Assembly: GCF_009914755.1 (NCBI RefSeq)
Contig: NC_060947.1
DNA length: 64,000 nucleotides
Origin: the human T2T-CHM13v2.0 reference genome, Homo sapiens
Strand: one strand, 5' to 3'
A program made the translations under genes and the position numbers. Shown piece after piece: positions 62,552 to 64,000 of the stretch (position 1 is the stretch's first letter; the number at the start of each line of letters is the position of its first letter). Below the pieces are notes generated by a model, which saw only the letters and a program-made list of their open reading frames with translations, did not search any database and was not told the origin of the DNA.

Positions 62552-62777
62552 AAAACAAGCAAACAAAATGCATGTGATCTAATAATAGAAATTCAGAGAA
62601 GCTCTAAATATATTAATTAAAAATACAGTGTTTCCCTTACAAAATGTACATCAACCATAAAACAAAGGTGTATACGTACAGAATACAGAAAAAAATACAT
62701 ACCTTGTCAACCATATGACAGCTCCTGAATGAGATAATTTTCTATGAGTCTACTACTTTAAGAAGTCATGCAATTCT

Positions 62778-64000
62778 CAAGCAAGATAGCCAACTAGATG
62801 CAGCCAGGAAGACCTTCTCTCATCGAGAAACCTGATGATAAAGAAGACTAGCACACACCAAGCATTGTCGGAAGGCAATGAGACTGGATAGAAGAGGGAC
62901 ACAGACTCTGGGTTGAAGAGGGTGGTAGCTGGGAGCCCTACATGGGGTTGCCAAGCACCAGGACTTGTTTCTGGCATTCAGCAGCTTTTGGTGAATGAGT
63001 GAGTTAAGTAGATGCAGTGTGGCCCACTCTTGGCACAGGCCTCCATAATCCTACCTGCAGTAGACCCCACTACCACCATGGACGCTTGGGCTGGCTGCGT
63101 GGAGAGTTGTCAGGGACAGGACTCCAGCCTGCATGGAGCCCAGAGTGTTTGGCATGATAATGGCTAAAGTGGAGCACTGCCAGGGATGCCTGTCTCCCAA
63201 AGTTTGTTATGCGCCTTTAGGTGGCTTTGGCCTTTGTCGACTCTTGGATTTGACAAAACAGGGTTTGTTGCTCATGGGACAGGGCCAGACTGATCTGAAT
63301 GGCAACAGTTTTCCATTCTCCCCCAGGGTCCCTGCCTAGTTGCACCCACTTGCAGTGCAGCTTCAAATGCTCAACCAGGGCATAACCCAGCAGCCACTGC
63401 CATATAGCTCTTTTGCCAGAAGACCCCGCCTAATCATAAGAGAACTTTTGCAGATAGGCCCCTGCCAGCATGCACCTGACCACAGCCACCCACTGACACT
63501 TTGCTGGCACACATGTGTAGATCTTGCCACCACCATCCTACTGCCACAAGCATGTGAATGGACCCTACTGCCAATGGAGCATTCATACAAGCATGGGCTC
63601 TGCTGACACCACCTCAATGAGCACTTTTGCCAACAACTCCCATAGGAGTGTTGTTGCCAGGAGACCAGGAACACCTCTGCCCATCTAGTGCACTACGTGC
63701 TTAACCTTGAGGGGCCAAAGAACACAGCCATGGGCCTGGTACCAACACCCCAGGGTTAGAGCATGCAGCCAGGAGTGCTGAGCTGAGCCTTATTCCCCTG
63801 AAAGCATCCAGACATGAAGCCAGTTGTCTCAACTCAACTTATACCACAGTAAAACCCTCAAAAACACCAAGGAATATAGAAACAAAAAGCCACATCCAAA
63901 GGACAGCAACATCAAAGATGAAAGGAACATCAGCTCACACAGATGAGAAAGAGGCAATGCAAGAACTCTAGCAACTCTAAAAGCCAGAGTGTCTTCTTAC
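62778..64000 (+). mobile_element. 5'UTR and ORF1 start of an older primate L1 (L1PA13-16/L1PB-type); continues beyond the window
   Basis: Starts 'caagatagccaactaga.gcagc'; ORF1-like ATG at 63943 (atgagaaag..gcaagaactct.gcaactc.aaaagccagagtg). Confidence 0.85.

Overview
AT-rich, repeat-dense primate (human-like) genomic DNA. It is intergenic or deep-intronic. I found no recognisable host protein-coding exon, no RNA gene I can firmly call, no CpG island and nothing prokaryotic. Nearly all long ORFs in the track are L1 ORF2 remnants, Alu read-throughs or microsatellite artefacts. The window is a layered record of mobile DNA: old L1M, L2 and MIR; a decayed ERVL internal region with a recognisable RT; many solo LTRs (MaLR, ERVL, ERV1); DNA-transposon MITEs (Tigger3b, MER44, MER46C, MER5, piggyBac MER85, mariner MADE1); 8 Alus; and several L1PA copies. 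The notable points are structural: three twin-primed (5'-inverted) L1PA insertions, one creating a 456-aa chimeric RT ORF; a MER85 truncated just before its PGBD3-binding palindrome; a near-perfect MADE1/miR-548-type hairpin inside nested MaLR LTRs; and several locally templated duplications and insertions. I do not see a defensible new biological system. Subfamily names come from recalled consensus sequences and need RepeatMasker/Dfam confirmation. Boundaries of old elements are approximate.
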